A stretch of 64,000 nucleotides of DNA from Styela clava (Eukaryota): contig NC_135258.1 in NCBI RefSeq assembly GCF_964204865.1, positions 5,146,001 to 5,210,000 of the forward strand. Direction: 5' to 3'. Positions 10,622 through 23,574 of the stretch are shown here, piece by piece. Both the position numbers and the translations under genes were made by a program. Positions within the stretch are counted from its first letter, which is position 1. Every line of letters starts with the position of its first letter. A model generated the notes under the pieces. It searched no databases. It was not told the origin of the DNA and was given only the letters and a program-made list of their open reading frames with translations.

Positions 10622-12145
10622 CAGGGCTTCCCAAACTAGGGGCCGCGAAACAAATTTTAGGGGCCGCAAAGAAAACACCAATTTTACACAAGGTACTATA
10701 TCTATTGTCCCTTTTCAGACTCTTGATTCGAAATACAATTATCAAAAATAGTGTAGAACAAAAATGTCACGATTTCGAGCGAATACATCATCATACCGTG
10801 TTTCCCCGAAAATAAGACAGTGTCTTTAATTTTCGTTCGAAAATAACACAAGGCCACTAGGGCCTATTTTGGGGGGATGTAGAAAATAATGATATTTTTT
10901 AATATACAAAATATGAATACCGATTCCCATTTACTTATAAATAGCACGTTTTGATTTATAATAACCATGGTAGAAAACCCTGCTTCATATAAATACGAAA
11001 TCGCAAAGGGAATAGGAGTGCGCAACGATTTTTGAACCAAGGAAAAATAATCTTTATTTACAGAAAACCGAATTTTCAGAATTAAACTTTTTTAATATAA
11101 CACCATCACAGGCAAGATCGATTTAATCTTCCCCTTTTTTCAGTAAAAGTAGAAGATATGGGTTGGTTGAAATATTCACGAAATGCGAAATGTTACGACA
11201 CCCTAACAAAATTGAAACGACGAACTTCCACGGGACTAGTTCAAAAAAAAAATGCGCTATTGATATTGAAGTCTTCTTTATAGGGGAGCGCTTATATTAA
11301 TATATTGCATATTTTGATCGTAAGACCCGATTTGCGCGTGCTTGCATAACAATGCCGGCTTTAATCGTTAAGCTAGCGGTTACCGGAGGCGAAGTGCGCA
11401 TCGATTTTATCCATTGTAAATGTCTTATTGTTTCTCATTGTTGCAAATGATGAGAATGATTAAATTCATTTTACCGTTCTGTGTTGTTTACTTTCTGTTA
11501 CGTAGGGTCTATTGTAACGTAACAGAAGCGGGTAAACCCTACATGTTGCAATTTCTTAGTCTGTATTTATCCATTTGCTGAACTGAGTTTATCGAGCACG
11601 AGTGATTTTATAGCATTTTAAAGAAAAACCAGGCAGAGGTAAAAAAAAAAAAGTTAACCTTTTGCCTTCATTCCTTAGGCCTACATGTTTGTAACCCTCA
11701 AACGGCATAAAGTAAATATCAACGATGATTGTGTTTTATTTTGGAGCAGCATATTTTCCGTGTAGGTGTGCTTTCCTTGATAATTTGGCGCCGCACTGCC
11801 TTATGCTAGTTTACTCAGTAAGAGTGAACAATTCCGGATAAGGACCATGCCGGTGGCCAGACATCGTAATTCATCATGTAGGCCTGCATAAACAAACATT
11901 GAGCCACGGCTTGACTGACTATGCAGCAAAAGGCATTTGCACCCGTTACACTGAATAATCGAGTAACGTTAATATGAGTAAATATATGCTTGTTTTGTTA
12001 TTGACTAGGCCTACTAAAAGTTGAGAATTAATAAAAAAAAATATCGTAATGCATATTTCGAACTGCATTATTAACGTGAACAAGGGCCGCGAAAAATTGT
12101 AATATATTAAAAGGGGTCGCGAGCTCAAAAGTTTGGGAAGCCCTG
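10622..12145. mobile_element. Non-autonomous hAT (Charlie/Buster-type) element with nested fragments
   Basis: TIRs CAGGGCTTCCCAAACT / AGTTTGGGAAGCCCTG and perfect TSD TGCTAGAT. Contains a pogo/Tc2-like end TACCGTGTTTCCCCGAAAATAAGAC near 10794. Confidence 0.92.
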
Positions 12146-12267
12146 TGCTAGATAACCAAACCTCAAGTTAGAATCACACTATCTAAAGTTCTTTACGAAA
12201 GATTGTGTTTTGCAATGCAACAATGAGAAATCTATATATTAGAAACATGAGAGTCATGCTCAAATAT

Positions 12268-12532
12268 ATGGACACGTTGTGCTCATATGCGTTCGCGGAA
12301 CCGCCACATGGTGGCAATTTTTGTACGTTACAGCACACAAAAAAAAACGAATCCCATACAGCATACCGGAATATTTAAAAATAAAATAAAAGTAATAGCC
12401 GTCTAGCGAAAAATTTAATCTTCAGGCATTGAAAATTTCAAAGCGATTGGTCCACTAATCAAAGAAAAAAGCGCTTTTTTCTGACAAAGAACAAGAACAA
12501 CATAATATTAAATAAATCCATTTACGTGTTCG
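12268..12532. mobile_element. Interspersed non-autonomous element, Helentron/HINE-like family 1
   Basis: TGGACACGT end, core AAATTTCAAAGCGATTGGTCC and an AACAAG microsatellite. Related copies at about 14952-15310, 51507-51805 and 26690-26810. Confidence 0.6.
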
Positions 12533-13791
12533 ATAATCTGCTGTTTATATTCAACAACACACGGAAAGAGAGATCATTGACCTATCTTGGTGACAATTAC
12601 TCGAAGTGCAACGAAATGCGATCATTCATTGATATTTGGGATAATAACAAACAGTCTATACGAGAGATGAAAAAGACGGTCCATAACAGGAATGGCAACC
12701 ATTTTTAATGAATTGGTCAAACTTTTTTTTTATTATGTTATTATTATTATTATTTAACAGAAAAATGTGGGCCACAGATATAAAATCAACGGGAAACTTG
12801 CTAATCTTATATAAACATTCGATGCGTTTGTGTATTTTTGAACTTTATAAACGCAGATTCATGTGCGAAAATAAATTACAGAGGAACTTTATAATGTAGC
12901 GGCAAATAATTTTTGTGATTCAAAGAGCTTGGACGGGAACTCCACTCTTATAGAATTATATGTTTTCCACACGCTACCGGAAAAGTGAATGTTTGGCCCG
13001 CAAGTAAATAAAGTTTGTCGATCACTGGGCTAGATGTGACAACCAGTAGCTGCATGAGATTATACATGGACCCAGATACGTCGTCCGAATCGGGGGTTTT
13101 GAAAATTACTAAACCAGCTCAATACACTTATATTAATTGCCACTACACTTATAACAATTCGTTTCATGTAAAATTATATTGAAGCTGTTTTCGTTATCAT
13201 TAAAATATTAGTATGTTTTTGCATTAATTCGTGATCGCGGTGGGTCACTATGTGACTCGTCGACCAGTGGTTCGCCATCCCTTTTATAGATACTCTGGTT
13301 TGATTGGGTGATTTCAACAGCCCTGTCCAAAACAATTTTTACGATTTGCTTATAGAACCCATTTTAATTAAAAACACCCAATACTGACTTAATATTTCGT
13401 TTCCATATTATTCATGTAAAGCTCAAACTCGAAAATCATTTGTGAAGCCTAGAAGAGGAAACCGACCTAGAAGTACATGAACATCGTGGTAAATAATACA
13501 TATGGTAATTCCAACTGCTTTTATTACAGTAAAATCAAAAAACATTTGCGAACATCACAGCACTGTCCGTTTTGGGTTTAGTAAGTTCTTGCTGTTGGAT
13601 AAAAAAAAATAAGATTCGTGGTGGAGACCGACTATCAACCCAGGACGAGCACTCTGTTCCAAATACCCCAGTTGTGTTTCGAAAGGTATGAAATAGGTTC
13701 TTGAGAGTCAATGCTTTAGTCTATCGAAAGTATGACATGTTTGAATTAATGGTGCGAGCACGTACCAATACTTTGTGCATATATATTCAAT

Positions 13792-14735
13792 TTATTCGTG
13801 ATCAAATCCCGAGTGCAACTCTTCTTTGATTTCAATTACTCGAGGTCCTTGTGATTTATGCTGCGATATCTTTTTATTTTGATCAAACTTGTGAGAAATA
13901 ACGGTGCTTTCCGAATACACGTGATCAGTTTGTTTCAACCCAACTATGTCTGCATTAGAAATAGTTTCGCATTTCGCATGCATCCGTTTTATGTGGTCGT
14001 TGACATAAACTTCTACAGCAAATCTTTTTCCACATATCTCACATGCATAAGGCTTTTTGTTTGAGTGTATTGTGTGCAAATGAGTGTTCAGACTATGTTG
14101 TTGACTGAATGTCCTTCCACATAATTTACAGATAAACGGTTTTTCACCTGTGTGTGTACGCATATGTAAATGCAGTTCGCATTGTTGCACCTTAATGGCA
14201 CCACATATCTCACATTTGAATTGATATTCATTGGTAAATCTTCTCATATGTATATTTAAATTCTGTTTACGTGCAAATAATTTATCGCAAATTGTGCATC
14301 CAAATCTCTTCTCTTTTGTATGAGTAAACATATGGTGATAAAGGTGAGATTTGCAGCCGAAGGACCGTCCACAGATTTCACACACAAATTTATTTGTATG
14401 TCGATTCAAATGTTTTCTCAAACTGCTATTGTCGCAAAATCCTTTCCCACATTTGTATGGTCTTTCCCCTGTGTGTTGTCTCATGTGAATAATCTTACTC
14501 TTCACATCGCCAAGTACTTTCCCGCAAACTTCGCATTTCTGTTGATTTTGCAACTCAATCTCATGTGAGATTTTAAGCGACTATTCTGGGTATATCCCTT
14601 GCAGCAAGTTTCACACTTATGTGGTGGTTCTCCAGTGTGCGTCGTTTGATGATTTCTGAGAAGCCTAATCCAACGAAAACTTTTACCACAAATACCGCAT
14701 TCGTGAGACTTACTTTGTATAGCCATTTCTTCCAT
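13792..14735 (-). pseudogene. C2H2 zinc-finger gene copy, disabled (paralog of 19959-20903)
   Basis: Colinear with the intact copy but split into ORFs 14502-14735 and 13792-14553 by a net 13-nt deletion at the end of finger 2. A 9-nt deletion removes a Cys of finger 4 (YKCGKGF). Finger 6 has His replaced by Phe (HMRRF). Confidence 0.85.
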
Positions 14736-14951
14736 TTTAGTTGCTAGTACCTAAATGTATTCAATCAGAATATTGAATGAAAAGTAGCTGATCAAGATAT
14801 ATATACAACACAAACGAATAAATAGTTTTATTGTCTACATTCACAATCTTTACTTATGATTTTAGATAATAAAAGTCACTACCAATGATAAAACACAGTT
14901 TGATGCAATGTAAATATCGCTACCTAAGACAAGAGAGCTACGCCCAAATAT

Positions 14952-15310
14952 ATGGACACGTCTGTTCTCAGTACAGTACGGTGTACCGTCAGATCACAGT
15001 CTACAAATATATTCACACCAAGCGAAGCAGTACAGTAGGATACAAAATGGCGTCCGATGTCCGCAGAACGTTTAATGACGTCATAGCAAACAAAAACAAA
15101 TCTCACAGAGCTAACAGAAATATTTAAAATGAATAAAAGATGGGGAAAAATTTTATCTTCAACCACTGAAAATTTCAAAGCAATTGGTCCAGTATTCGAA
15201 GAGAAAATTGTTTTTTTAATATTTCCACTAGGTGTGTTATTCTGTGTCAAATAACAACAAGAACAAGAACAACATAATATTGAAACGATCGTTATGTCCA
15301 CTACGTGTCC
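14952..15310. mobile_element. HINE-like family 1 copy
   Basis: Inverted ends TGGACACGT ... ACGTGTCCA. It interrupts sequence that is continuous in the paralogous region near 10230. Confidence 0.65.
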
Positions 15311-16632
15311 AATAAGACACTAAAGCAAGCATGAAACTACGTTTGTTATCCATAGCACTAGTTTACTCGAGAACGTGAAGGCTCAAAGCTTATCGTCAAA
15401 GGCGCTAGATTTTTCGTGAACGCGAGGACTGAGCTTTCTTTATCTTGTTTTTCATTTTACGAATACAGATAGTAATATATTTTAAGGTAATCTTCTATCG
15501 AGCCCGTGTTATACTAGGGTTGATTACGTTTTTTTTTACTCCCTTTTCATTCTCCACTTTCTCGCGTCAAAGTGTTTCAGATATATAAAATCGGAATAAG
15601 ACTAATTATTACTTTTATAGACACGAAAAAGCGACAAATAGGCTATTTTCGCACGCAATCGCGGCGGTCCCTGTTAAAATTAGTTGGTATATTTTCACTA
15701 GCCGAGCGTCAGAAATTATCTCCGATCGAATCATTTGCAAAATTAACATGGCCCTTAAAATGATAATCGAACATTCCTTTAATTTAGAATCACACTATTG
15801 AAAGTACTTAACAAAAGATGTTTTTTGCAGTGCAATAATAAGAAATCAGTTTCTTAATTTACAGCATTTTGCTGTCTATATTTATCAACACACAGACAAA
15901 TGATCGATCGCATTGACCTACCGTGAAACTTCTATTTCACCCCATAGCGCTCCATTTTTCAACTCTTCCTCTATAGTGGTGTTCTATTAAAGGTGGCGTT
16001 CAATTGGAGGGTGGTGCTCAGAATTTGTACAACTACCAGTAGAGAATTGATAACAATAACCGATGTACTGATTACAGTAAGCGGCATATTCGTAATGCAT
16101 ATTGTGCGTTCGGGCGGGGATCAGGAATTTCGATAATATCAGCCAATTGGTAACATGTATAGAGCAATGGTTCATTATTAATATCACCATATGTTTCTGG
16201 TTTTCTTTTCGAGTCATTTTGACCAGCTTACCGGTAATTTCTGTTTTCGGGGTTTAAAAAATTACCATGCCGGCTCGAAATTTCGAAGCCCTGGCTGCGG
16301 CATTACATTTATAATAGTTCGCTTCGTGTTAGATTACATTGAGGCAGGTTTTTCTCTTTGAAATGTTGGTATTTTTTTTGCAAATTTAGTGGGTCACTGG
16401 AAAACGTGGTTGGTCACTTCGTGACTCGCGGTGTCAGTGGTTTGCCGCCCATGTCACGGATACTCTGTTTTGACTGGGTAATTTCAACCGCGATGTCTAA
16501 AACAATATCTTTTATACCCGTAGTAACTAATGGTCTCTATCCTAATCGTACACCTCAATCAGTCTAAATATGAACTAAACTTCTAGGTCAGTGGTGCCAG
16601 CCTTTACAACGTCTTGACAGCCCTCATATGAT

Positions 16633-18406
16633 TAGGGCTGGGCACTTTTAAAACACTGGTGTTTCGATATCAAAACGAAATGAAACAAACGTTTGTCACA
16701 TACAGTAAAACATGTCACCAATATTACCCATCGAATTTTATGTATAGTGATCAATGGCACATATTTTCCAGAGTTGAAGCCACAAAAAGGAAGCACTGGA
16801 GGCTAGAGTCGCGAGCATGAAACGATAATGATAATTCCACGAAGGTTTCTGCTTGACGAAGCAGTGACCAAATGGCACCAGAATTATACAAATTACGTCA
16901 CTGTAAGAGATGGTGCTCACAAGCAGCATAGCATATGGGGCCCCTCAACGTATCAATGCTCATTTTCTACTTTATCCAATGCCACAGATCCTCGTGATTC
17001 AGTGCATTCTAAAAGATATTTTTGAATCTGAATTCCGAATGAAATGGCCTTTCATGATATTATCATTGATTGAAATTAGTTATTTTTGCTCTAGGGAAAT
17101 GGACTTGATAAACATTACGGTAGTTATTAATTGTGGTGTATCTTGACAAGCACAAAAAAGGGGGCTCCCGAAGTATGCGAACCAAGATGGCGGACATCGG
17201 AATGTAATATGTGTACTAGGTTAGGGTTAGGCCATAATTTTAGGTATAAATACTACGGGAGGCTCTTGGCTAGTCTTCGAACTGATAATAGGACTAAAAT
17301 AAGGAAAATTGGAAAAAATTAATCGCCTAACCCTAACCTGTTACCCATGTTACGTTCCGATGTCCGCCATCTTGGTTCGCATACTTCGGGAGCACCAAAA
17401 AAAGAACGACTTGGCGTCCGGAGAAATGCTTTAAATCATACAGTAAAATTAACATTAACTCGGATTTTTGACACGGCTAATTTTTGTTCTGACTGTTTAT
17501 CGTCAGCGTGACATCGACATCGTTAAGCTAAATTTTGCCACACTTGTCCCCCCACAAATATTGACTGTCATGCAACTAGGGAAATTGATTTTTATTTTGC
17601 TTACAACGCGATCATCGTCATAATCAAATGAATGTACCCAATTCACAAATTTTTATCCGCCAATGACAGAAAATAGAAAGGAAAATCGTGTTTTATTTTT
17701 CTTCAAGTCAGCTTTGATTTAAATATTTCATGTCGACTGTTATGCTTTTATTATTGTTTTTAAATTATTACCACAAACTTGAACTCAACGATATTATTAT
17801 TATTAAAGACGCCAGTTTGACAATAAAATCTGCGATAGATACTAAAAATATTTAAGAGCTATTTCATACGGGGTAAATGCAAGAAATGCTCGGTCACTAT
17901 CGAAACTAAAGATGAAAAAGATTAATTACGACAAAATTTGATTTTAGATTTATTGCTGCGGTAACCCATATTATCTCGACTATGTTGAAATATACGATAA
18001 TAATTGTAAAATATTTTCAATTAAAAACTTCCCCGACGTGTTATAAATACTGCAAGACCGCGCTGACTTGAATCATTTCATATCGGCAGTAATTTATTGC
18101 GCGTCGCAAAGAATGTCTTCGATTACGATAAAACATAAAAATGAAATAATTGTAAAATGTTTTCAATCAAAACGTGGACGGCGGCGCTAGGACTTGTGCG
18201 CGATATTCAATATTCTTATAAACACTAAGAACGATATTTGAGAGTCTCAAAATTCGAATAAACTCGGATATTAAATTTGAGTTGGACATCGCTGAATGAT
18301 ACCTTGACTGATTTCAGGTTGCATTTGCTATGAGGTCATAATATCCGTTTCGGAAGTCGAAACAGCGCCGTTTCGACACATCAGTGTTTTGAAACGCTCA
18401 GCCCTA
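16633..18406. mobile_element. Non-autonomous hAT (Ac-type TAGGGCTG ends)
   Basis: Ends TAGGGCTGGGCACTTTTAAAACACTG / CAGTGTTTTGAAACGCTCAGCCCTA. Perfect TSD CATATGAT at 16625-16632 and 18407-18414. Confidence 0.9.
17161..17396. mobile_element. Long-palindrome MITE (high-copy family in this window)
   Basis: Arms of about 70 bp, GCTCCCGAAGTATGCGAACCAAGATGGCGGAC...GGTTAGGGTTAGG and its reverse complement. Related copies at about 21470, 25440, 27209, 29075, 33355, 45083, 57817 and 63461. Confidence 0.88.
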
Positions 18407-19912
18407 CATATGATTTGCTTGTGAAACCCATTTTAAATGAAACCACCCAACACTGATAAGCACAAATGGTCGATAATGAGGTTACTTGAACTATTTGTTT
18501 ATATTAGCATTATTTTCGATTGAATTGCAGACTTGCTTGCAGAGTAAACCTTAGCTTGTCTCCTTCCTTGTGCGAGATAGACAACAATAGCTAGTAGTTT
18601 CATTTTATTATTTTGTTTCCATATTATGAATGAAAAGCTCATCACCTCCAAATCATTTGTGAACCCTGGAAGTAGAAGCTGCTGTACAAGGTCATAATTG
18701 TAAAGAATGCATGTTTATTTCTTCGGCTTTTATTAAAGTTATATATTTGAATACATAAGTCATTAATTATTTCAATCACATTTGTGTAAAAAACATTTAC
18801 AAACATTACAAGATAATTAACTATTTTTCAGAATTACACAGTCCGTGTTGAGTTTAGTAATAATTTGCTGTTGAATATTCAAAAATGGGATTGGTTGTGG
18901 AGGCTGAATATCAACTCGAACCAATAAAAAATATAAATCGTATCCACCGTCGAGCCCCCTGTTTTGAATACCTCAGTTGTGTATCGAAAAGTACTGTTCA
19001 TGAGATAGATTCTCAAGAGGCAATACTTTCGCCCGGAATTGTGTAATTTCTGAAAAATAGTTAATTATCTTGTAATGTATCACTAAGAACGATATTTGAG
19101 AGTCTCAAAATTCGAATAAACTCGGATATTAAATTTGAGTTGGACATCGCTGAGTGATACCTTGACTGATTTCAGGTTGCATTTGCTATGAGGTCATAAT
19201 ATCCGTTTCGGAAGTCGAAACAGCGCCGTTTCGACATATCAGTGTTTTGAAACGCTCAGCCCTACATATGATTTGCTTGTGGAACCCAACTTTAAATGAA
19301 ACCACCCAACACTGATAAGCACAAATGGCCGATAATGAGGTTACTTGAACTATTTGTTTATATTAGCATTATTTTCGATTGAATTGCAGACTTGCTTGCA
19401 GAGTAAACCTTAGCTTGTCTCCTTCCTTGTGCGAGATAGACAACAATAGCTAGTAGTTTCATTTTATTATTTTGTTTCCATATTATGAATGAAAAGCTCA
19501 TCACCTCCAAATCATTTGTGAACCCTGGAAGTAGAAGCTGCTGTGCAAGGTCATAATGGTAAAGAATGCATGTTTATTTCTTCGGCTTTTATTAAAGTTA
19601 TATATTTGAATACATAAGTCATTAATTATTTCAATCACATTTGTGTAAAAAAACATTTACAAACATTACAAGATAATTAACTATTTTTCAGAATTGCACA
19701 GTCCGTGTTGAGTTTAGTAATGATTTGCTGTTGAATATTCAAAAATGGGATTGGTTGTGGAGGCTGAAAATCAACTCGAACCAAGGAAAAATATAAATCG
19801 TATCCACCGTCGAGCCCCCTGTTTTAAATACCTCAGTTGTGTATCGAAAAGTACTGTTCATGAGATAGATTCTCAAGAGGCAATATTTTCGCCCGGAATT
19901 GTGTCATTTCTG
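18223..19912. repeat. Recent tandem duplication of about 0.83-0.86 kb
   Basis: 18223-19052 is repeated near-identically at 19081-19912 (both start CACTAAGAACGATATTTGAGAG). Confidence 0.95.
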
Positions 19913-19958
19913 GATCGACGGGACGATCATGCACCACTACTTAGGGTATATAATCAAG

Positions 19959-20903
19959 TTATTCATGATCATATTCTGAATGTAATTCTTCTTTGATTTC
20001 AATTATATGGGGTGCTTGTAATTTAGCGTTTTGATCAATCTTACAGGCAATAACGGTGGGTTCCGAATACATATGATTAGTTGGCTCCTGTTCAACTTTG
20101 TCTGTCTTTGCGCGCTTGCTTTTTAAATGGCTCTGTTTTATGTGAGCATTGACATAAACTTGTACGGCAAATCTTTTTCCACATATTTCACATGCATAAG
20201 GCTTTTTGCTGGAGTGCACTGTCTTCATATGAGTATTCCGACTACCTCGTTGACTAAATGCCCTCCCACATAATTTACATACAAACGGTTTTTCACCCGT
20301 GTGGGTGCGCATATGACTATTCAGCTCAGATTGTTGCACCTTGATGACACCACATATTTCACATTTGAATTGATATTCATCAGTATGCCTTCTCATATGC
20401 AACTTCAAATTCTCTTTGCGTGCGAATAATTTATCGCATACAGTGCAAATAAATTGCTTTTCGTTTGTATGAGTGAGAATATGATAGGAAAGGTGAGATT
20501 TGCAGCCGAAGGACCGTTCACAGATTTCACACACAAATTTATTTGCATGTTGATTCATATGCTTTCTCAAAGTACTATTATCGCTAAAGCCTTTTCCACA
20601 CTCTTCACATTTATATGGTCTTTCCCCTGTATGTTGTCTCATATGAATAGTCTTACTCCGCACATCTCCGAGTACCTTCCCACAAACTTCACATTTCTGT
20701 TGATTTTGTGGTTTATCCGGAAAGTGCAAACGCAGATGGTTTCTCAAATGACTGTTCTGTGTAAATCCCTTGCCACAAATTTCACACTTATGAGGTCGTT
20801 CTCCAGTGTGTGTCGTTCGATGGTCCCTGAGATGACTAATCTGTCCAAAACTTTTACCACAAATGCCGCATTCGTGCAACTTTTTTCGTTTAATTTTTTT
20901 CAT
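19959..20903 (-). CDS. C2H2 (Kruppel-type) zinc-finger protein, 9 fingers, 314 aa
   Basis: Nine CxxC...HxxxH repeats with TGERP/TGEKP linkers. In-frame stop upstream of the ATG. Splice acceptor ttcttgttttattcag near 20945 suggests a non-coding upstream exon. Confidence 0.92.
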   Translation of the reverse strand: MKKIKRKKLHECGICGKSFGQISHLRDHRTTHTGERPHKCEICGKGFTQNSHLRNHLRLHFPDKPQNQQKCEVCGKVLGDVRSKTIHMRQHTGERPYKCEECGKGFSDNSTLRKHMNQHANKFVCEICERSFGCKSHLSYHILTHTNEKQFICTVCDKLFARKENLKLHMRRHTDEYQFKCEICGVIKVQQSELNSHMRTHTGEKPFVCKLCGRAFSQRGSRNTHMKTVHSSKKPYACEICGKRFAVQVYVNAHIKQSHLKSKRAKTDKVEQEPTNHMYSEPTVIACKIDQNAKLQAPHIIEIKEELHSEYDHE

Positions 20904-23574
20904 TTCAGTTACTACTATATAACATTATCTCACCGAGAGGGCACTGAATAAAACAAGAAACCGATCAATATAAATAGCCAACTGGATAAAAAGTCTTCCT
21001 GTCTACAACGTCTATCTGGAAATAAGATAAAAAAGGTCACAGAGAAACCAGAGTTAGTTCTAAGATAACAATGACAAAAACACATCGTTTCTTAAGATAA
21101 GAAACTGAAGCAAGAATACAACTAAGTTTGTTGTTCACGGTTTTAAGTTTGTCTCTCATGGTGATAAGACTCTTTGTGAATGTTATAAAAATGAGCGTTT
21201 TTACCATATTCCCTTTCAAGAATACAGATATTATCCCATCTTGTGGCAATCGTATCTTATTGCGAAATCTCGTTAACTCAGTAGTCAGTACTATTCTGAC
21301 TTCGCCACAAGAGGAACGCATTGAGCCACAACTGGTCAGAATAATCATAACCTAATGTAAACGAAGCGAACTTGCTATTTCTAGGGGTGAATATTTTCGA
21401 AAACATAATGATTCCAGAATCGAATCTCGAATACTTTTTATGGTATTGGGTCCTTGGCTATAACACAGACAGTCCGCGAACCCGTAATATAACTAAAACA
21501 AGGGAAATTAAAATAGAATTATTGTCTAACTCTAACCTGGAACACACACTACGAGAGTACCGTTGGCGGACAAAAAAAAATAATCGGAAATTAGATTAAA
21601 AATTTTTGTCTGAACCGATTCGACAATTTACTATTCAATTCAAATTATACAGCCCTATGTATTTCTAACTTTCTTAATTCGTCGGTTAAATTGAGGTCAA
21701 ATTATACTGAGATCGACTCTTCAATATTACTCTTTACATTTATTTTTTGACTCTCTGACTTCAAAACGTAATAAATTTACGTTAGCTTTTCCGGGCTTAG
21801 TCTCAAATTCCGCCCAAATTTCTGAATATTGAATTAGGGCAATTCAAATTCATCTTGTTACTATAAATCTGACAAGGATTTTTTATTTCGCTTTTCAAGG
21901 TTTCAAAGTAAATTCCACAAACTAGTAAGTATTAATCTTGCAAAATCAGTTTACTAAATCTGACAGTAATCTCATGCTAAAGAAGCACGCAAATTAATCT
22001 ACGGTATATAAGTATAAATGGAATACAATTGCTGCAATACTAAAGCTACCAATTTCGAGATATAACAAGAAAATATACGTATACCTTATCAAATCTGTCA
22101 TTGCGTCGTGGGAAAGGAAGCAATTGATTGTTTTTACATGCAATTGCGGCTTCTGAGAGCATTCATTTGTATATTGTTCTAATCGGAGGGACTAGAAATT
22201 ACGGTCAATCGAATCTGTCAGAATATGCGGTGGGCCGACCAATTTTAAGTACTATTGAGCGAAATATACACATTTTCAGTGGCGTACGGGCCACATCAAT
22301 GTCCGTCACATTAAAATTCCAATTATGACACACCTAAAACTCTTATTCCTACGTTAATTTCGAGTAATAGCAAATAATGTGCTTTCGCTTGCGCTAGTTA
22401 CTATAACAGAAACGCTGTACAACAGCCGCTGTTGACATACCGCACGAGCTATTTTTGTTTTATGAACTGAAAACGAGGCCATCCTAAAATAGAAAAACGC
22501 AGAGTTTGGCACGCGGGGCCGCAGTTTGCTGACCACCGTGCTAACAAATTGGCATACCCCTCAAATTGAAAGGACAGTTATAAGCATTTCACTAATAACA
22601 AGTGATAAAAGCTCAAATATATGAACACGAAGATCGAGCATCGGTACGGTTAAGGCGCAACTAAATATATATTCATGACAATTTAAATATACCGATATCC
22701 TAATCGTTGCACACCAGAACGAATTTAACGCATAGAGACCATAGATCACTTCAGAGCAATAGGTCCACTTGTTTATGACATTCCAGTTTTTAATTGTTCT
22801 CGAACAACGATTTTAATAATATAATTCGGCTATGACGTTCATCTAAATTACTTAACAAGAATTAATATTAAGAATCTTTTACAAACGTATCCATGTCAAA
22901 TTATCCCGTAGGGCAGAAATTACCGTTCACAGAGTGTATATAAGCCTATGAAAAATCTACTTTGACAACCAGCGGTGTTGATACACACATTTTTCACTGG
23001 AATGTCAAACTAATATTGTCTGAGGGCAAATTAGGTTGTTTTTAACGGGCCAATTATTATTAACGGGGCAATTAAATATTTTAGGCCGAAATGTTTATGA
23101 CGAATTAGAAAAACTTGTGGGCTAATTCAAAGTTTTCCGAATATTACTATAAAAAATACTGTATAAATAACTACTATTCCCTACACACATACTTCGGGAG
23201 TCTTCGGAGATGACGCACATGCCAAAGTTTAAAAAATGCGGACCCCCTTGATAGTTGGTTAACACTTTGTATGGACTGTTTTCAAAATGAGATACTTCTG
23301 CCTTATTATTTGAGTGAAAATACCAGTTTCAGTTATTTTTTAAACTGAAATTATAACATTTTTTGATTACAACTTTGCGGCTTTTTGTAACCATTTCCAA
23401 ACGGCGCCAAGGGCACCAGCCATGGCTGCCACACCCTAGATACGTCACTCAGTCCACATAAAATCAATGTAATTGAAACTTGTTAATAAATCTCTGTCTT
23501 TCGCTTTCCTAATGTTACTTAGAATCACAGACATTCGAAATCGAACCTCGGTCAAACTATGCTATTTGTCTTAT

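Noticed and set aside
20454-20951. 165-aa plus-strand ORF, and the similar ORFs at 14320-14568 and 13858-14064
   Set aside because: Antisense shadows of the zinc-finger repeats, with no independent features.
22128-22328. Small ORF MFLHAIAASES... found three times (also 26074 and 29708)
   Set aside because: It recurs only because of the segmental triplication, starts at TTG, has no domain and overlaps TE fragments.
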